From Eledone cirrhosa (Eukaryota): DNA of 64,000 nucleotides. Every line of letters starts with the position of its first letter. Within the stretch, counting starts at the first letter, position 1. The stretch covers positions 67,270,001-67,334,000 of the forward strand of contig OZ024741.1 of the NCBI GenBank assembly GCA_964016885.1, read 5' to 3'. The notes under the pieces were generated by a model. The model searched no databases, was not told where the DNA came from, and was given only the letters and a program-made list of their open reading frames with translations. Position numbers and translations under genes: made by a program. Shown in pieces: positions 59,001 to 64,000 of the stretch.

Positions 59001-62000
59001 TAGTGGTGGTATTTATGTTGGTGTTGGTTGTGGTAGTGGTGGTGGTTACGTTGGTGTTGGTTGTGGTATTGGTGGTGGTTACGTTGGTGTGGGTTGTGGT
59101 AGTGGTGGTTACGTTGGTGTGGGTTGTGGTAGTGGTGGTGGTTACGTTGGTGTGGGTTGTAGTAATAGTAGTGGTTATGTTGGTGTTGGTTGTGGTAGTG
59201 GTGGTGGTTATGTTTGTGTTGGTTGTGGTAGTGGTGCTGGTTATGTTGGTGTTGGTTGTGGTAGTGGTGCTGGTTATGTTGGTGTTGGTTGTGGTAGTGG
59301 TGGTGGTTACGTTGGTGTTGGTTGTGGTAGTGGTGGTGGTTACGTTGGTGTGGGTTGTGGTAGTGGTGGTGGTTACGTTGGTGTGGGTTGTGGTAGTGGT
59401 GGTGGTTATGTTGGTGTTGGTTGTGGTAGTGGTGGTGGTTACGTTGGTGTGGGTTGTGGTAGTGGTGCTGGTTATGTTGGTGTTGGTTGTGGTAGTGGTG
59501 GTGGTTATGTTGGTGTTGGTTGTGGTAGTGGTGGTGGTTACGTTGGTGTTGGTTGTGGTAGTGGTGGTGGTTACGTTGGTGTGGGTTGTGGTAGTGGTGG
59601 TGGTTACGTTGGTGTGGGTTGTGGTAGTGGTGGTGGTTACGTTGGTGTGGGTTGTGGTAGTGGTGCTGGTTACGTTGGTGTTGGTTGTGGTAGTGGTGGT
59701 GGTTACGTTGGTGTGGGTTGTGGTAGTGGTGGTGGTTACGTTGGTGTGGGTTGTGGTAGTGGTGGTGGTTACGTTGGTGTGGGTTGTGGTAGTGGTGGTG
59801 GTTACGTTGGTGTGGGTTGTGGTAGTGGTGCTGGTTACGTTGGTGTTGGTTGTGGTAGTGGTGGTGGTTACGTTGGTGTGGGTTGTGGTAGTGGTGGTGG
59901 TTACTTTGGTGTGGGTTGTGGTGGTGGTTACGTTGGTGTTGGTTGTGGTAGTGGTGGTGGTTACGTTGGTGTTGGTTGTGGTAGTGGTGCTGGTTACGTT
60001 GGTGTTGGTTGTGGTAGTGGTGGTGGTTACGTTGGTGTTGGTTGTGGTAGTGGTGGTGGTTACGTTGGTGTTGGTTGTGGTAGTGGTGGTGGTTACGTTG
60101 GTGTGGGTTGTGGTAGTGGTGGTGGTTACGTTGGTGTTGGTTGTGGTAGTGGTGGTGGTTACGTTGGTGTTGGTTGTGGTAGTGGTGGTGGTTACGTTGG
60201 TGTGGGTTGTGGTAGTGGTGGTGGTTACGTTGGTGTTGGTTGTGGTAGTGGTGGTGGTTACGTTGGTGTTGGTTGTGGTAGTGGTGGTGGTTACGTTGGT
60301 GTTGGTTGTGGTAGTGGTGGTGGTTACGTTGGTGTGGGTCGTGGTAGTGGTGGTGGTTACATTGGTGTTGGTTGTGGTAGTGGTGGTGGTTACGTTGGTG
60401 TTGGTTGTGGTAGTGGTGGTGGTTACGTTGGTGTTGGTTGTGGTAGTGGTGGTGGTTACGTTGGTGTGGGTTGTGGTAGTGGTGGTGGTTACGTTGGTGT
60501 TGGTTGTGGTAGTGGTGGTGGTTACGTTGGTGTGGGTTGTGGTAGTGGTGGTGGTTACGTTGGTGTTGGTTGTGGTAGTGGTGGTGGTTACGTTGGTGTT
60601 GGTTGTGGTAGTGGTGGTGGTTACGTTGGTGTTGGTTGTGGTAGTGGTGGTGGTTACGTTGGTGTGGGTTGTGGTAGTGGTGGTGGTTACGTTGGTGTTG
60701 GTTGTGGTAGTGGTGGTGGTTACGTTGGTGTGGGTTGTGGTAGTGGTGGTGGTTACGTTGGTGTTGGTTGTGGTAGTGGTGGTGGTTACGTTGGTGTGGG
60801 TTGTGGTAGTGGTGGTGTTTACGTTGGTGTGGGTTGTGGTAGTGGTGGTGGTTACGTTGGTGTTGGTTGTGGTGGTGGTGCTGGTTATGTTGGTGTTGGT
60901 TGTGGTAGTGGTGGTGGTTACGTTGGTGTGGGTTGTGGTAGTGGTGGTGGTTACGTTGGTGTTGGATGTGGTAGTGGTGCTGGTTATGTTGGTGTTGGTT
61001 GTGGTAGTGGTGGTGGTTATGTTGGTGTTGGTTGTGGTAGTGGTGGTGGTTACGTTGGTGTGGGTTGTAGTAGTGGTGGTGGTTACGTTGGTGTTGGTTG
61101 TGGTAGTGGTGCTGGTTATGTTGGTGTTGGTTGTGGTAGTGGTGGTATTTATGTTGGTGTTGGTTGTGGTAGTGGTGGTGGTTACGTTGGTGTTGGTTGT
61201 GGTAGTGGTGGTGGTTACGTTGGTGTTGGTTGTGGTAGTGGTGGTGGTTACGTTGGTGTGGGTTGTGGTAGTGGTGGTGGTTACGTTGGTGTGGGTTGTA
61301 GTAATAGTAGTGGTTATGTTGGTGTTGGTTGTGGTAGTGGTGGTGGTTATGTTTGTGTTGGTTGTGGTAGTGGTGCTGGTTATGTTGGTGTTGGTTGTGG
61401 TAGTGGTGCTGGTTATGTTGGTGTTGGTTGTGGTAGTGGTGGTGGTTACGTTGGTGTTGGTTGTGGTAGTGGTGGTGGTTACGTTGGTGTTGGTTGTGGT
61501 AGTGGTGGTGGTTACGTTGGTGTGGGTTGTGGTAGTGGTGGTGGTTACGTTGGTGTTGGTTGTGGTAGTGGTGGTGGTTACGTTGGTGTGGGTTGTGGTA
61601 GTGGTGGTGGTTACGTTGGTGTTGGTTGTGGTAGTGGTGGTGGTTACGTTGGTGTGGGTTGTGGTAGTGGTGGTGTTTACGTTGGTGTGGGTTGTGGTAG
61701 TGGTGGTGGTTACGTTGGTGTTGGTTGTGGTGGTGGTGCTGGTTATGTTGGTGTTGGTTGTGGTAGTGGTGGTGGTTACGTTGGTGTGGGTTGTGGTAGT
61801 GGTGGTGGTTACGTTGGTGTTGGTTGTGGTAGTGGTGCTGGTTATGTTGGTGTTGGTTGTGGTAGTGGTGGTGGTTATGTTGGTGTTGGTTGTGGTAGTG
61901 GTGGTGGTTACGTTGGTGTGGGTTGTAGTAGTGGTGGTGGTTACGTTGGTGTTGGTTGTGGTAGTGGTGCTGGTTATGTTGGTGTTGGTTGTGGTAGTGG

Positions 62001-64000
62001 TGGTATTTATGTTGGTGTTGGTTGTGGTAGTGGTGGTGGTTACGTTGGTGTTGGTTGTGGTAGTGGTGGTGGTTACGTTGGTGTTGGTTGTGGTAGTGGT
62101 GGTGGTTACGTTGGTGTGGGTTGTAGTAATAGTAGTGGTTATGTTGGTGTTGGTTGTGGTAGTGGTGGTGGTTATGTTGGTGTTGGTTGTGTTAGTGGTG
62201 GTGGTTACGTTGGTGTTGGTTGTGGTAGTGGTGGTGGTTACGTTGGTGTGGGTTGTGGTGGTGGTGGTGGTTACGTTGGTGTGGGTTGTGGTAGTGGTGG
62301 TGGTTATGTTGGTGTGGGTTGTAGTAATAGTAGTGGTTATGTTGGTGTTGGTTGTGGTAGTGGTGGTGGTTATGTTTGTGTTGGTTGTGGTAGTGGTGCT
62401 GGTTATGTTGGTGTTGGTTGTGGTAGTGGTGCTGGTTACGTTGGTGTGGGTTGTGGTGGGGGTGATGGTTACGTTGGTGTTGGTTGTGGTAGTGGTGGTG
62501 GTTACGTTGGTGTGGGTTGTGGTAGTGGTGGTGGTTACGTTGGTGTTGGTTGTGGTAGTGGTGGTGGTTACGTTGGTGTGGGTTGTGGTAGTGGTGGTGG
62601 TAACGTTGGTGTTGGTTGTGGTAGTGGTGGTGGTTACGTTGGTGTTGGTTGTGGTAGTGGTGGTGGTTACGTTGGTGTTGGTTGTGGTAGTGGTGGTGGT
62701 TACGTTGGTGTGGGTTGTGGTAGTGGTGGTGGTTACGTTGGTGTTGGTTGTGGTAGTGGTGGTGGTTACGTTGGTGTGGGTTGTGGTAGTGGTGGTGGTT
62801 ACGTTGGTGTTGGTTGTGGTAGTGGTGGTGGTTACGTTGGTGTGGGTTGTGGTAGTGGTGGTGTTTACGTTGGTGTGGGTTGTGGTAGTGGTGGTGGTTA
62901 CGTTGATGTTGGTTGTGGTGGTGGTGCTGGTTATGTTGGTGTTGGTTGTGGTAGTGGTGGTGGTTACGTTGGTGTGGGTTGTGGTAGTGGTGGTGGTTAC
63001 GTTGGTGTTGGTTGTGGTAGTGGTGCTGGTTATGTTGGTGTTGGTTGTGGTAGTGGTGGTGGTTATGTTGGTGTTGGTTGTGGTAGTGGTGGTGGTTACG
63101 TTGGTGTGGGTTGTAGTAGTGGTGGTGGTTACGTTGGTGTTCGTTGTGGTAGTGGTGCTGGTTATGTTGGTGGTGGTTGTGGTAGTGGTGGTATTTATGT
63201 TGGTGTTGGTTGTGGTAGTGGTGGTGGTTACGTTGGTGTTGGTTGTGGTATTGGTGGTGGTTACGTTGGTGTGGGTTGTGGTAGTGGTGGTTACGTTGGT
63301 GTGGGTTGTGGTAGTGGTGGTGGTTACGTTGGTGTGGGTTGTAGTAATAGTAGTGGTTATGTTGGTGTTGGTTGTGGTAGTGGTGGTGGTTATGTTTGTG
63401 TTGGTTGTGGTAGTGGTGCTGGTTATGTTGGTGTTGGTTGTGGTAGTGGTGCTGGTTATGTTGGTGTTGGTTGTGGTAGTGGTGGTGGTTACGTTGGTGT
63501 TGGTTGTGGTAGTGGTGGTGGTTACGTTGGTGTGGGTTGTGGTAGTGGTGGTGGTTACGTTGGTGTGGGTTGTGGTAGTGGTGGTGGTTATGTTGGTGTT
63601 GGTTGTGGTAGTGGTGGTGGTTACGTTGGTGTGGGTTGTGGTAGTGGTGCTGGTTATGTTGGTGTTGGTTGTGGTAGTGGTGGTGGTTATGTTGGTGTTG
63701 GTTGTGGTAGTGGTGGTGGTTACGTTGGTGTTGGTTGTGGTAGTGGTGGTGGTTACGTTGGTGTGGGTTGTGGTAGTGGTGGTGGTTACGTTGGTGTGGG
63801 TTGTGGTAGTGGTGGTGGTTACGTTGGTGTGGGTTGTGGTAGTGGTGCTGGTTACGTTGGTGTTGGTTGTGGTAGTGGTGGTGGTTACGTTGGTGTGGGT
63901 TGTGGTAGTGGTGGTGGTTACGTTGGTGTGGGTTGTGGTAGTGGTGGTGGTTACGTTGGTGTGGGTTGTGGTAGTGGTGGTGGTTACGTTGGTGTGGGTT
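56077..64000. repeat. 33-bp minisatellite, about 240 units, running off the window end
   Basis: Unit ggtgt(t/g)ggttgtggtagtggtg(g/c)tggtta(c/t)gtt; phase conserved to 64000; rare variants recur at 4182 bp. Confidence 0.97.

Overview
AT-rich eukaryotic DNA crowded with (TA)n, (CA)n, (GA)n and trinucleotide microsatellites. The SINE families and composition suggest an octopod cephalopod (inference). No intact host gene is evident, and almost all ORFs in the supplied track are microsatellite artefacts. Recognisable elements are an RTE-type LINE 3' fragment, a near full-length decayed L1/Tx1-clade LINE sitting in (AAT)n/(AAG)n, two Penelope-like (PLE) fragments (RT and/or GIY-YIG) and many tRNA-derived SINEs. 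The main hidden signal is that many unique-looking segments between (TA)n tracts are tandem or fold-back elements carrying a type I hammerhead ribozyme (HHR), usually with a palindromic helix III. I count by eye about 14 sequence families and more than 30 motifs. They include a 310-bp HHR tandem array (10 copies plus about 2.7 inverted; retrozyme-like), several HHRs with a compensatory U3-A8 core, and a second group with a U.U closing pair in helix II. The window ends in a 33-bp minisatellite of about 8 kb that appears stop-free on both strands and shows a 4182-bp higher-order period.
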